Source of the DNA: Methanocaldococcus sp. 28A
GTDB taxonomy: Archaea; AGJL01; Methanococci; Methanococcales; Methanocaldococcaceae
Strand: one strand, 5' to 3'
DNA length: 64,000 nucleotides
Assembly (NCBI GenBank): GCA_049852185.1
Contig: CP187540.1
Shown here: one piece after another, positions 1-10,350 of the stretch
Numbering within the stretch: the stretch's first letter is position 1
How the letters are laid out: each line of letters begins with the position of its first letter
Translations under genes and position numbers: made by a program
The notes under the pieces: generated by a model
Database searches by the model: none
Seen by the model: the letters and a program-made list of their open reading frames with translations, nothing else
Told to the model about the DNA's origin: nothing

Positions 1-87
1 CGGCTCTATCTCCCTTCCTGTATAATCTAATTTATCTTTAACAAAAATTATTGTTATATAATCAGTATCAAAAATTTCAAAGTTCAT
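1..87 (-). CDS. Partial CDS (5' end only), probable DUF366-family protein
   Basis: ATG at 87 with GGTGA RBS; reads MNFEIFDTDYITIIFVKDKLDYTGREIEP to the window edge; the LDYTGxEIEP segment recalls archaeal DUF366. Confidence 0.55.
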   Translation of the reverse strand, partial: MNFEIFDTDYITIIFVKDKLDYTGREIEP

Positions 88-128
88 TGAATCACCATGG
101 GGTCTTTCCGATGTAGTCAAATATAGAT

Positions 129-1018
129 TATAGACATTTAAAATATTTACCGATGAGATTGACAGTATAGACTACATTGGGATTGGGCGTCATCAGTTTC
201 AGCTCCCCTCTGAGTTCATCGGGGAGCATATCATCAACCTCCGCCCCAGACACCTCCGCTTTTTAATTTTTTAATTAATTTAAGTCCTCTTTTAAAGATG
301 TTAAAAGAGCCTACTAACTGTCTATTAAAATACTTTTTACAATTAGAGCAATAAACAACCTGCCCTTCTTGAGATCCATTTTACTCCCGCATATAGGACA
401 GGTTGTTGATGTATAATGTGGATTTACATAAAAAACGATACTCTTATACTCTAACTGTCTAACTATTCTCTTCCAATCTGTTCTATCTAATTCTCTATGA
501 AATTTCGAATTTTTATCGTACATATTGAATTTATTTAGGTCTTCGAAGATAAAAATAGCATTAGGGAATAAACGAGATAATTGAGTAGTTAATTTATTGA
601 TAAAATCCTTAACTCGATTTTTTCTCCTATTTAGGTATTTTTCTAATAACTTCCCTATTCGTTTAGGAGATTTTTTATAAATAGATTTCAACTTATCAAT
701 GATAATGTCATAAACCACTTTAATTCTATGGAGTTTGGATAAATCAACTCTAATCCAACCTTCTGTTAGATGATATATATCGAGAGATTTTAGATTGCTA
801 TCAACTCCGACAATTATTTCTCTATTCGAATGGTCTATAGATTGTTTGAAAGTTAGATAAGCAGATTTCTCCTTCAAAATGATTTCGCCAATCTCCCAAT
901 CTTTAACCTTATCAAAAAACCATTTATCTTTAATGTTTAAAACTAAATATTCCTTTCTTGGTTTAATAGTAATTTTAATTTCTCCTTTTTCTTTATTATA
1001 CATATTGGACAGACACAC
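129..1018 (-). pseudogene. tnpB: TnpB (IS200/IS605/IS607 RNA-guided endonuclease) pseudogene, N-terminally truncated and frameshifted
   Basis: ORF 314..1018 has RuvC-I IVGVDSN, RuvC-II IFEDL and YTSTTCPICG; near 376 the second CxxC and RuvC-III continue in another frame (SQEGQVVYCSNCKKYFNRQLVGSFNIFKRG). Confidence 0.85.
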
Positions 1019-1146
1019 CTGTTTATACCAATTTGATTAAGAAAAACATCTTTTTCTTAAATGTAATAAAAGAAATTTTAAAGCTACAAAGCTTTTTAGT
1101 TATGGAATGCAATAAAAACAATCAAAATTATTATTAAGGTATAAAC

Positions 1147-1926
1147 ATGGAGTTTGAAAAAATTGAATATATGGTAAATAAAAAACTTAAAGAATTGCGA
1201 TTAAAAAATTCATTAGAAATTTTAGAAAGATTAGATATTAGTATAGAGCTTAAAGAAACTCTAAGATGTATGATTATGAAAAGATTGAATGGAGATAAAG
1301 AATTTTATAAGGTTTCTATTGATAAAAAGCCAAGAGCAGTTGTTGCATTTAGTGGTGGAGTTGATAGCTCAGCATCTACAATAATAGCAAAGCAAATTTT
1401 TGAAATTAAGGCAGTTTCTTGTAATTCAGAATATATAATGACAGATGAAATGAGAAAAAATGCTGAAAATGTTGCTAAAAATATAGGAGTGGACTTAGAG
1501 TTTATAGATATTGATTTAAAAGATATTTATGAAGGAGTTATTAAAGGGAGGTTTCATCCTTGTGGTAGATGCCATAAAATTATTGAAAATGCTGTTATGG
1601 ATTATGCTAAAAAAATTAACGCTGAGTTTGTTATATTTGGTGATTTATTAGCTTTTGGATATTTAGCTTTATATAAAAATAACAATTTATTTAGGTTTAA
1701 TTTGCCATCTTTTTTTGCCTTAACAAAGGATGAAGAAAGAGAAATATTAAAAAATAATGGTATTGAAATTAAAGCATCTTATGGTTGCCCATTATTAAAA
1801 TCTTATCATAAACACAATAGGGGATATAAATTTACCATTCAAAGAATTTTAAGAGAGGTTAGAGGGAGAGTTATTAGCTATGAGGAAGGTGTTAAAAATA
1901 TAAAAGATATAGTTAATTTAAAATAA
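1147..1926 (+). CDS. PP-loop superfamily ATPase (QueC/ExsB-like)
   Basis: AFSGGVDSS PP-loop, HPCGRC and GCP motifs. Confidence 0.75.
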   Translation: MEFEKIEYMVNKKLKELRLKNSLEILERLDISIELKETLRCMIMKRLNGDKEFYKVSIDKKPRAVVAFSGGVDSSASTIIAKQIFEIKAVSCNSEYIMTDEMRKNAENVAKNIGVDLEFIDIDLKDIYEGVIKGRFHPCGRCHKIIENAVMDYAKKINAEFVIFGDLLAFGYLALYKNNNLFRFNLPSFFALTKDEEREILKNNGIEIKASYGCPLLKSYHKHNRGYKFTIQRILREVRGRVISYEEGVKNIKDIVNLK

Positions 1927-1948
1927 AATTCAATATAAAATTCAATTT

Positions 1949-2920
1949 TTATAATTCAATAAATCCTAAAGACTTTTTAAGGACTTCTGCGTTAATCTTT
2001 CCAGCACTATAAACTTTGCCTCTTGTTATATCATTAATTACAACTACTGCTGGAGCAAACATTCCTTTGTCAATTTTGTAGAAATCGTAATCAGCTGCTT
2101 TGAATACTTCCATGAATGGTTTTCCATAATCTTTTGATGTACATGAAGGTAATGCTTTACATAAAGCTTCAATGTCATCGTTTTCATCGCTCTTAATGTA
2201 GTAGTAGGTTATTCCTCCATATAAAACCATATCATTTGTAGCACCCATCATAGCAAAGTCATCGCCAATTATTGGAGCAATTGGAGCTAAACCAGCTGCA
2301 TATTTAACCTTTGTAACATCAAACTCTAAAACTTCTAACATCTTGTATGTTCCATTCTCTACAACTCTACCACTAATCTGGATTGAACCAACTAATGAAG
2401 CTGTTGGAGCTATTAATAAATAAACATTCTCTACATCAACATTACATTCTTTAGCTATATAATCAGCAACTTCTTCATTTGGCAATTTTGATGCCTCTAA
2501 ACACAAAACAGCAACATCAGCATCATCTTCATATCCAATTTCTTCATAAGTCTTCTTTGGCTTTTTAGCTAAAGCTCTTGCAGGTCCTGAACCCATAGCA
2601 AAATACTTTCCAACTTTAACTGCCCATCCTGCCTTTTGAGCTCCTAATGTAGCTATTGCTGGATGTGATGTTTTTACTTTAACAAAAGGAAGGTTTATTC
2701 CATCAAAACCAGCTGGTGATAATGAGATGCCAACGTGAGCTAAACCTCCCAAACAAACTTTTGTATATAATTTCCCAGCTTCCCAGCTTCCAGGAACATT
2801 TACTCCACAGTCTAAAACAGTAGCTCCATTCTCCAATTTTATAACGTCAATATTTAACTCCTCTTTATTTTCAATCATTTTATTTACAATCTCTAAAGCT
2901 TTTTTATTTACACTCAACAT
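1949..2920 (-). CDS. mch: Methenyltetrahydromethanopterin cyclohydrolase
   Basis: MLSVN start; [41 protein letters not shown] motifs. Confidence 0.97.
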   Translation of the reverse strand: MLSVNKKALEIVNKMIENKEELNIDVIKLENGATVLDCGVNVPGSWEAGKLYTKVCLGGLAHVGISLSPAGFDGINLPFVKVKTSHPAIATLGAQKAGWAVKVGKYFAMGSGPARALAKKPKKTYEEIGYEDDADVAVLCLEASKLPNEEVADYIAKECNVDVENVYLLIAPTASLVGSIQISGRVVENGTYKMLEVLEFDVTKVKYAAGLAPIAPIIGDDFAMMGATNDMVLYGGITYYYIKSDENDDIEALCKALPSCTSKDYGKPFMEVFKAADYDFYKIDKGMFAPAVVVINDITRGKVYSAGKINAEVLKKSLGFIEL

Positions 2921-3059
2921 TCTATCACCAAATAAAACATATAGCTTTATATAGCTTTTTTATTGCTATATCTTATATAAGTTGTAGTCATATCGTTTTT
3001 ATAGTTTATGATTTGAATTTTTGTTTAAATATAGTAACTAAATAACCAAATGTGATAAT

Positions 3060-3776
3060 ATGGATATGAGAGAGTGGGAAATATATTATAACAAAATTAT
3101 AGACGATTTTGGATTTAATAAAAGTAAAGATGTTGAAAGTGCAGTTATTTTAAATGATATTTTAGAAAAAGCCAATAAAGTGTCTATTGAGAAACTTAAA
3201 GATATTATTGAAGGTAGAGAAGTTTTTATTTTTGGTGCAGGACCATCAATAAGAAGACATATTAAAATTATAAAAGACTTAAGAAAAAATTTTCCTGTAA
3301 TAGTTGCTGATGGGGCATGTAAAGCATTTTTAGAAGAAGGCATAATTCCAGATATTATAGTTTCAGATTTGGATGGTGATTTAGGGGCACTAATTGAATG
3401 TAATAAAAATGGGTCTATAATTGTAGTTCATGCACATGGAGATAACATTGAAAGAATTAAAGAGTATGTTCCAAAGCTAAAAAATATAATAGGAAGCTGT
3501 CAAATACCAAATTATAAAGAGCTAAATTTAAAAAATGTAATTAACTTTGGTGGATTTACAGATGGTGATAGATGCTGTTTTTTAGCTTATTATTTTAATG
3601 CTAAGAAGCTAATATTGGGGGGAATGGATTTTGGAATCTATATAACTAAATATTCAAGACCAAATATAAAAAATTATATAGAGAAAGGAGATGAAATAAA
3701 AATTAAAAAGTTAAAATATGCTGAAAAATTAATAAATTATTTAAAAGATAAAATAGAAATAGAGTATTTAAAATAA
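3060..3776 (+). CDS. mptE: 6-hydroxymethyl-7,8-dihydropterin pyrophosphokinase
   Basis: GAGPS, ADGA, SDLDG, HAHGDN, NFGGFTDGDR motifs. Confidence 0.9.
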   Translation: MDMREWEIYYNKIIDDFGFNKSKDVESAVILNDILEKANKVSIEKLKDIIEGREVFIFGAGPSIRRHIKIIKDLRKNFPVIVADGACKAFLEEGIIPDIIVSDLDGDLGALIECNKNGSIIVVHAHGDNIERIKEYVPKLKNIIGSCQIPNYKELNLKNVINFGGFTDGDRCCFLAYYFNAKKLILGGMDFGIYITKYSRPNIKNYIEKGDEIKIKKLKYAEKLINYLKDKIEIEYLK

Positions 3777-3866
3777 CTTTAGGCAAGGTTTATATATTAG
3801 ACTAGTGTAGTTTATATAATTACTTTGAAGCTTAGATGCTCATAATATACAATCAAATAAAATTAT

Positions 3867-5327
3867 TTGATTATTTTGATAAAAATATTTTATGTGATGA
3901 ATATGATAACCGTAATAGGTTTTGGTTCATTTGGTAGAAAAGTTGTAAATTTTATTAAAAATAAAGAACCTATCACAATTATTGACAAAAATATTGAGGA
4001 TGCTGATGATTTAGTAAAAGAAGGAATTAAGGTAGTTATTGGTGATGCCACTGAAGATGAGATATTAAAAAAAGCAGAAATTGATAAGGCAGATATTGTA
4101 TTGATATTAACAAACTCTTCAGAGATAAATAGGGCTATAGCTGAAAAGGTTTGTATGCTAAGCCCTAACTCATATAAGATAGCAAGAGCTATTCCAGGAT
4201 ATCCTGAGTTATATAGTGGATTAAATATAGACAAGATAATAAATATCTTAGAAAGTGGAGCTAAAGATATTGCAAAAGAGGTTGAGGATGCAAAATTAAA
4301 AAGAAAGTTGATGCAATTAAAATCTATATTGGTAGAAGGTAAGAAAAAATGTATTGAATTGGAAAAAATTGAAGAGAAAAAAGCTCCACTTTTAATAATA
4401 ACTCATATAAATCCAGACCCGGATGCTATAGCAAGTGCTATGGCTTTGAAAACAATAGCTGAAAAATGGGGAGTTGATGCAGATATAGCTTATGGAGGAA
4501 GTATTGGATATGATGAAAACAAAGCAATGGTTAATTTATTAGGAGTTAATCTTCTAAACGTTGAAAATATAAATTTAAATAATTACTGCGTTATTGCTGT
4601 TGTTGATACATCTACATTAAAACAACTGCCTTTAGAGATACAAGACATTGATATAATTATAGACCACCACAATAACGCTGATTTAACTGCCAAATATATG
4701 GATATTAGGCCAGAAGTTGGAGCAACTGCTTCTATTTTAACACAATATTTAATGGAATTGGAAATAGAGCCGTCAAGAAACTTAGCAACTGCTTTATTTT
4801 ATGGAATACAATCAGATACTGATTACTTTAAAAGAGAAACATCAAAATTAGATTTTGAAGCAGCTGCTTATCTTCAGAGCTATATTGACCCTACTTTGTT
4901 AAATATGATAGAAAATCCTGAAATTTCTACAGAGGTTATGGAAGTTTTAGCAAAGGCGATAATGAATAGAAGAGTTGTTAAAGGAAATATTGCTTTATCT
5001 TATGTTGGAGAAATAAGGAATAGGGATGCTTTACCAAAAGCAGCTGATTTCTTATTAAAGATGGAAGGAATTTCAACAACATTCGTATTTGGTATTGTTG
5101 GAGATGAAATCCACATATCTGCAAGAACTAAAGATTTAAGACTTAACTTAGGAGAGATATTAAATAAGGCATTTGGTGGAGGAGGGCATCAAACAGCTGC
5201 AGCTGCTAAAATTCCTTTAGGAATATTTAAGGCAGTATCTGATAAAGAGGCATTGAGAAAGTTAGTTGAAGAAGCGATTAGAGCTAAGATATTGGAAGTT
5301 ATTGGTATAAGAGAAGATGTAAAGTAA
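3867..5327 (+). CDS. DHH-family phosphoesterase with N-terminal TrkA-N (RCK) domain
   Basis: GxGxxG Rossmann, HINPDPDAIAS, IDHH, GGGH; true start probably near 3897-3903. Confidence 0.9.
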   Translation: MIILIKIFYVMNMITVIGFGSFGRKVVNFIKNKEPITIIDKNIEDADDLVKEGIKVVIGDATEDEILKKAEIDKADIVLILTNSSEINRAIAEKVCMLSPNSYKIARAIPGYPELYSGLNIDKIINILESGAKDIAKEVEDAKLKRKLMQLKSILVEGKKKCIELEKIEEKKAPLLIITHINPDPDAIASAMALKTIAEKWGVDADIAYGGSIGYDENKAMVNLLGVNLLNVENINLNNYCVIAVVDTSTLKQLPLEIQDIDIIIDHHNNADLTAKYMDIRPEVGATASILTQYLMELEIEPSRNLATALFYGIQSDTDYFKRETSKLDFEAAAYLQSYIDPTLLNMIENPEISTEVMEVLAKAIMNRRVVKGNIALSYVGEIRNRDALPKAADFLLKMEGISTTFVFGIVGDEIHISARTKDLRLNLGEILNKAFGGGGHQTAAAAKIPLGIFKAVSDKEALRKLVEEAIRAKILEVIGIREDVK

Positions 5328-5401
5328 ATATAATTAAATAATATTTAAAAATATTTTATTAAAATATTTTCTCTTTTGCTTTTATCTCAAAATTCATCAA
5401 C

Positions 5402-6961
5402 TTATTTATAGAGCTTTTCAGCATACTCCTTAGCCATTCTCTCAGCATCAAAGTATTCAACAATATGATTAACGCAATTACAAGCTTTCATCCACCATCT
5501 TTCAGAATCATACATATCTGCAACTTCTTCCAATAAATTGTAAATGCAGTTTGCAACATAGGCATCATCATCTCTAACACCATCACCTATTGTAAAGCTA
5601 TCATCTGGATACATCTTAGCCCATTCTACGTGCCATCCATCTAAAGTGCTCATATGTATGGAAGCGTTCATAGATGCTGTCATTCCAGATGTTCCAGAAG
5701 CTTCATGATTTAGTTTTGGAGTGTTAAGCCAAATATCTGAACCTGTCTTTAGTAATTTACTTAGCTTTAGTTCATAGCCCGTTAGTATGGTAGCTCCTTT
5801 CATATCCCTTGTTTTTGATACAATCCAGTTGAATGTTGCTATCATATTGCTATCATTAGGATGTGGTTTTCCCGCCCATATAACTTGTATTTTTTTCTTT
5901 TTTAATAACTCAAGTAATCTCATTTCATCATGAAGCAATATGTAAGGTCTTTTATAAGCAGTAAATCTTCTTGCCCAAACAACAGTTAATCTATCTTTTT
6001 TAAATATCTTTCCAGTCTGGTCTGCAACTTCTTCAAATAAAATCTCCTTTAACTCCATCTTTCTCTCTCTCAGCATATCGATGTCATATTTTTTTGCAGC
6101 TTCTCTAATAATTGGGTCCTGCCAATAATATTTATCTTGAGCATTTGTTATTGCCACTATCTCACATTTATCTTTAACCCAACTCCACATTCTATCGCAA
6201 ACTTCTTTATGCTTCTTAGATACAGCATTAGCTCTCTTACACGTTCTTAAAGCACATACAGTATAATTAAATGGATTACCCCCTAATTTTTCAGCTAATT
6301 TTATATCAACATTTCCAAAGAATCCCATAGATTTTAATAAATTAATATCTTGAGTTTCATTTCCTTCTGGTAATGGTGTGTGAGTAGTGAAAACAGTATG
6401 TTCCCTTGTATATTCAAGTCCATAATCTTCTATTAATTTAAAAACTAATGGAAGGGGATGAGGCTCATTCATGTGGAAGAGCTTTACATTTTCACACTCT
6501 TTTATAACTTTATATCCTCCAACACCCAAAACAATCTGTTGAGCTATATGAAGTATGTTGTTGGCATCATATAGTTTATGGGTTATAGTTCTTGAGAATT
6601 CATCATTTTCTGGAATATCAGTTGTTAAGAAATAGATAGGACATGTTCCAAAAACATCTTCTTCTAATTTATAAGCTTTAACCCAAACAGTGTTGTTGTT
6701 TATTATAACTGGAACTTTTAAATTAATGTCTTCCAAAAAATCATAGTATTTTCTTATATATTCAATTTTCATCTTTCCCTCACAATCTCTAACTTGGTCA
6801 TAATACCCATAACTCCATAATATAGACACTCCTACAAGTGGTTGATTCAATCTCTTAGCCGCTCTAAAATGTGAGCCAGCTAAGAATCCTAATCCTCCAG
6901 CATAGGTTTTTAGAGGTTGGTGAATTGCAAATTCCATACAAAAATAAGCTGTTGGTTTCAT
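5402..6961 (-). CDS. glgP: Alpha-glucan (glycogen/maltodextrin) phosphorylase
   Basis: YAGGLGFLAG, ARRFTAYKR, GKPHP, EASGTSGMT motifs. Confidence 0.93.
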   Translation of the reverse strand: MKPTAYFCMEFAIHQPLKTYAGGLGFLAGSHFRAAKRLNQPLVGVSILWSYGYYDQVRDCEGKMKIEYIRKYYDFLEDINLKVPVIINNNTVWVKAYKLEEDVFGTCPIYFLTTDIPENDEFSRTITHKLYDANNILHIAQQIVLGVGGYKVIKECENVKLFHMNEPHPLPLVFKLIEDYGLEYTREHTVFTTHTPLPEGNETQDINLLKSMGFFGNVDIKLAEKLGGNPFNYTVCALRTCKRANAVSKKHKEVCDRMWSWVKDKCEIVAITNAQDKYYWQDPIIREAAKKYDIDMLRERKMELKEILFEEVADQTGKIFKKDRLTVVWARRFTAYKRPYILLHDEMRLLELLKKKKIQVIWAGKPHPNDSNMIATFNWIVSKTRDMKGATILTGYELKLSKLLKTGSDIWLNTPKLNHEASGTSGMTASMNASIHMSTLDGWHVEWAKMYPDDSFTIGDGVRDDDAYVANCIYNLLEEVADMYDSERWWMKACNCVNHIVEYFDAERMAKEYAEKLYK

Positions 6962-7104
6962 AACTATCCCATTTTATATTATTAGTTGTTATTGTTATAC
7001 TCAATTTATTTATTATCTATTTATATCTTTTCTTTAAATGTTTGATTATACATAGTTATCACGATGTAATATTTTAATTTTTAATTTATAGGTTTTTTAT
7101 AATT

Positions 7105-7418
7105 TATTTTTTGATTTTAAAGATTTTTAGCTAATTTCTAAGGGTAGCTTATTTTTAATATTTTGCTTATTTAGATGTATTAAATTAGTAAGATTTTTAA
7201 GAGATTTTAGATAATTATTTTTATATTTTAATTTCCCCGATAGATAATTTGATTTTTTAGATTTAAGGGTTTTATTGTTTTGATTAACACAATACCGTAA
7301 AGTATTTATATTAGTTAGGGTATATAAAGAAATCAGGTAATTGGGGGGTCGTAATATAGCCGCTATAAAATAAATATTTAAAAATGCTTAATTTCGTTTA
7401 ATTCAAAAAATGCCTCCT
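7105..7418 (+). promoter_or_regulatory. CRISPR leader of array 1
   Basis: AT-rich, BRE/TATA-like ACCGTAAAGTATTTATA near 7295-7310; near-identical to 37566..37879; abuts the first repeat. Confidence 0.9.
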
Positions 7419-7871
7419 ATTAAAATAAGACCGATCCGGTATGGAAACATTTGTTAAATAAACACTTATCCTTTTTCCCATCTTACATCACCTCATTAAA
7501 ATAAGACCGATCCGGTATGGAAACGAAATTTGATAATATCGTAAATATAAAATTTTGTTCATTAAAATAAGACCGATCCGGTATGGAAACATTTTTTTAA
7601 AGCTATAAGTAAAAAACCTTATTTTAGTTAGCCAAAATAATTAAAATAAGACCGATCCGGTATGGAAACCTCATTTTTACGCTTATGAATGTCTTGGCAG
7701 GAGCATTATTAAAATAAGACCGATCCGGTATGGAAACATAAACAGCCCATTTAAGACCTCATACTGCTCTTTTATTAAAATAAGACCGATCCGGTATGGA
7801 AACCTCTTTTTTGCCATCTCCATCTCCCTGTCCTCAGACTTATTAAAATAAGACCGGTTCGGTATAAAATA
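7419..7871 (+). CRISPR. CRISPR array 1: 7 repeats (last degenerate), 6 spacers
   Basis: ATTAAAATAAGACCGATCCGGTATGGAAAC at 7419, 7495, 7561, 7640, 7708, 7774; degenerate copy at 7842; spacers 46, 36, 49, 38, 36, 38 nt. Confidence 0.98.
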
Positions 7872-8140
7872 ATTATTATTTCTTTTTCTTTTTTATTAAT
7901 TTGAAAAAATTCTTTAACAAAAAATCTTTTTATTAAAATACAGAGTATTAAAATAATTAAATTTATCTATTTTCTGTTGTATTCCAAAAATATTTCACAC
8001 CTATAAGTAATAAAAAAGATAACATAAATAATAACTTCTATATCTGCTTTACAAGATTCCAGAAGTTTCTCTTAGAGCATAATATTGAACACAATAAAAA
8101 CGTCCGTCAGACATCCTCAAACGTGGCAAGACTTTTGCAC

Positions 8141-8345
8141 TAATTATATTTAACATGGTATGACGGCTCTCCACCCTAAAGGGCGGAGTTTCGTGAGAGC
8201 GAGCCTAAGCTCACCCTCTCCGGCCCCGCCAAAGCCACTACCCCTATCCCATTAGGGATTCGGGGCTACGCTTTAACCATTTCCATGTCCCCAGCGGTGG
8301 AGTTTTCGATAACCCCACCAATTAATAACTTGGACTGGGGACATA
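8141..8345 (-). ncRNA. Putative TnpB omega/right-end guide RNA (scaffold 8345..8161 plus ~20-nt flank-derived guide)
   Basis: GC-rich multi-hairpin island; TTTTATATA box at 8375-8367 about 25 nt upstream; contains CCCCGAATCCC..GGGATAGGGGTA and ends GAAACTCCGCCCTTTAGGGTGGAGAGCCGTCA. Confidence 0.65.
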
Positions 8346-8492
8346 AGTTTAGTTTATTAATTCGGGTATATAAAAGTTATGTTTGTCCCACCCACCTCCC
8401 CTATCTCCTTGCTTCGCAAGGAGAGTAATGAAATCTGAAAGATTTCATCTGAATTCATCACCGCCCTAAAGGGCGGTGCTTTCTTAGCGACA
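8161..8492 (-). mobile_element. Non-autonomous IS200/IS605-type element (PATE-like) with both end hairpins and no ORF
   Basis: Hairpins CTCCACCCTAAAGGGCGGAG (8169-8188) and CACCGCCCTAAAGGGCGGTG (8459-8478); minus strand reads TTTAT|TGTCGCTAAGAAAGCACCGCCC...GGAGAGCCGTCA|flank. Confidence 0.78.
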
Positions 8493-8849
8493 ATAAATGG
8501 TATAAATAATGCCAAAGGTATCAAAAATTCCTTACAATATTTACTTCTATCTTACCATAGGAAAAGTTGAACGGGTAAATAATGATGTTGAATATCGATT
8601 AGATAGATTTATAGATTGATTGAAATCACTAATGTGACTTCAAAGCTCTCCGCTACGCTTCAATTGGCATAACAAAATAAAACTTCATCGTTATTTAGAT
8701 TATAGGATTCCTTATGATGTTTATTATAGAAAATACATTTAATAATATGGATGTGATTTCATGAATTATTACTTGCGAAATAATTTCAAGATACAACACC
8801 TAAAATGCTTAATTTAAATTAATAAATATATATTTTTATAAGACAATAA

Positions 8850-8924
8850 TGCTCCGGCCGGGATTTGAACCCGGGTCGCGGGCTCGAAAGGCCCGCATGA
8901 TTGGCCGGACTACACCACCGGAGC
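8850..8924 (-). tRNA. tRNA-Glu(UUC)
   Basis: Cloverleaf GCTCCGG..., anticodon TTC, GGTTCAAATCC T-loop; CCA not encoded. Confidence 0.97.
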
Positions 8925-8950
8925 AAACTACAAAAAAATAGAAAAATTAG

Positions 8951-9025
8951 CGGACCCGAGGGGATTTGAACCCCCGACCCCCGGCTTAGAAGGCCGGTGC
9001 CCTATCCAGGCTAGGCTACGGGTCC
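8951..9025 (-). tRNA. tRNA-Arg(UCU)
   Basis: Anticodon arm CCGGC-CTTCTAA-GCCGG. Confidence 0.97.
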
Positions 9026-9596
9026 TCTTTAACTCAACCTTTTTGTTGTGGCTTTCAAGCACTTTCTACAATGAATTTTCTACTATATATACTTTTCGTT
9101 TCATGATTTATAACGAATCTTAATTAATTTAAATAGGACTTTCTCAGGTATATATAATATTCAATGAACTTTTTTGGTTTCTGGATTTGTAATCATATAT
9201 TTTAATATTTCAATAATAAGGATATTTATCTTCCTTTGTCCACATGCAATGATTCCTTTAATAAAAATGGTTGCAATAGAAGGAATTCCAAAGGGATTGA
9301 TTATTTCATTTTTGATATCTTCACAATCCATTAGTTTGCCTCTATTATTAGTATTGTTGAAAGTGAAATACTCCATAATGAAAGCATTCAAATTATCCTT
9401 TTTAAAGTTTATTTTATTTTGCACACAACTATAACTAATCCCAAATTTATATGGTTAATTATAAATATAAGTTTGTGGCAAGATAATAATTACAATATTT
9501 TTATTGTTTTTTATAGTCTCAATAATATTGATGATTACTCAATATATTCTTTATTCTTTTTTTATTAAATTTAACTAATTCAGAGGTGAATACACT

Positions 9597-10160
9597 ATGT
9601 ATAAAATTTTAGAGATTGCTGATGTTGTTAGAGTACCACCAGAAGAATTTGGAAAAGATTTGAAAGAAACTGTAAAAAAAATTCTCATGGAAAAATATGA
9701 AGGAAGGTTAGATAAAGATGTTGGATTTATTTTATCCATTATAGATGTAAAAGACATTGGAGAAGGTAAGGTAGTACATGGTGATGGTTCAGCATATCAT
9801 CCAGTTGTATTTGAAACTCTTGTCTATATCCCAGAGATGTATGAACTTATTGAGGGAGAGGTTGTTGATATTGTAGAATTTGGAAGCTTTGTAAGGTTAG
9901 GGCCTTTAGATGGGTTAATTCACGTTTCACAAATTATGGATGACTATGTCTCTTACGACCCTAAGAGAGAAGCAATTATCGGAAAAGAAACTGGAAAGGT
10001 TTTAGAAATTGGTGATTATGTTAGGGCAAGAATTGTTGCTATTAGTTTAAAAGCAGATAGAAAGAGAGGTAGTAAAATAGCATTAACTATGAGACAGCCA
10101 TACTTAGGAAAATTAGAGTGGATTGAAGAAGAAAAAGCTAAAAAAGAACAGCAAGAATAA
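9597..10160 (+). CDS. rpoE1: RNA polymerase subunit Rpo7 (E')
   Basis: S1 domain [15 protein letters not shown]; [10 protein letters not shown]. Confidence 0.97.
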   Translation: MYKILEIADVVRVPPEEFGKDLKETVKKILMEKYEGRLDKDVGFILSIIDVKDIGEGKVVHGDGSAYHPVVFETLVYIPEMYELIEGEVVDIVEFGSFVRLGPLDGLIHVSQIMDDYVSYDPKREAIIGKETGKVLEIGDYVRARIVAISLKADRKRGSKIALTMRQPYLGKLEWIEEEKAKKEQQE

Positions 10161-10169
10161 GGTGAGCTT

Positions 10170-10349
10170 ATGAAAGCATGTTTAAAATGCAAATACCTAA
10201 CAAATGATGATATATGTCCAATATGCCAATCTCCAACAAGTGAAAATTGGATAGGGCTTTTAATAGTTATAAATCCCGAAAAATCAGAGATAGCAAAAAA
10301 GGCTGGAATTGATATTAAAGGGAAGTATGCATTAAGTGTAAAGGAGTAG
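10170..10349 (+). CDS. spt4: Transcription elongation factor Spt4 (RpoE''), 59 aa, not in the ORF track
   Basis: [59 protein letters not shown]; GGTGA RBS. Confidence 0.95.
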   Translation: MKACLKCKYLTNDDICPICQSPTSENWIGLLIVINPEKSEIAKKAGIDIKGKYALSVKE

Positions 10350-10350
10350 A

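Noticed and set aside
7930-7960. ATTAAAATA words downstream of array 1 as extra repeats
   Set aside because: No GACCG core or GAAAC end; common in AT-rich DNA
8110-8122. 13-nt match (GTTTGAGGATGTC) between array 2 spacer 38471-38509 and the minus strand here
   Set aside because: The rest of the spacer does not align; about one 13-mer match is expected by chance given 18 spacers and 128 kb of both strands
8141-8160. Second in-window target for the putative guide TACCATGTTAAATATAATTA
   Set aside because: None found by eye; a proper genome-wide search is needed
9161-9434. Antiparallel 86-87 aa ORFs
   Set aside because: Both overlap a repeat end and have no recognisable domain
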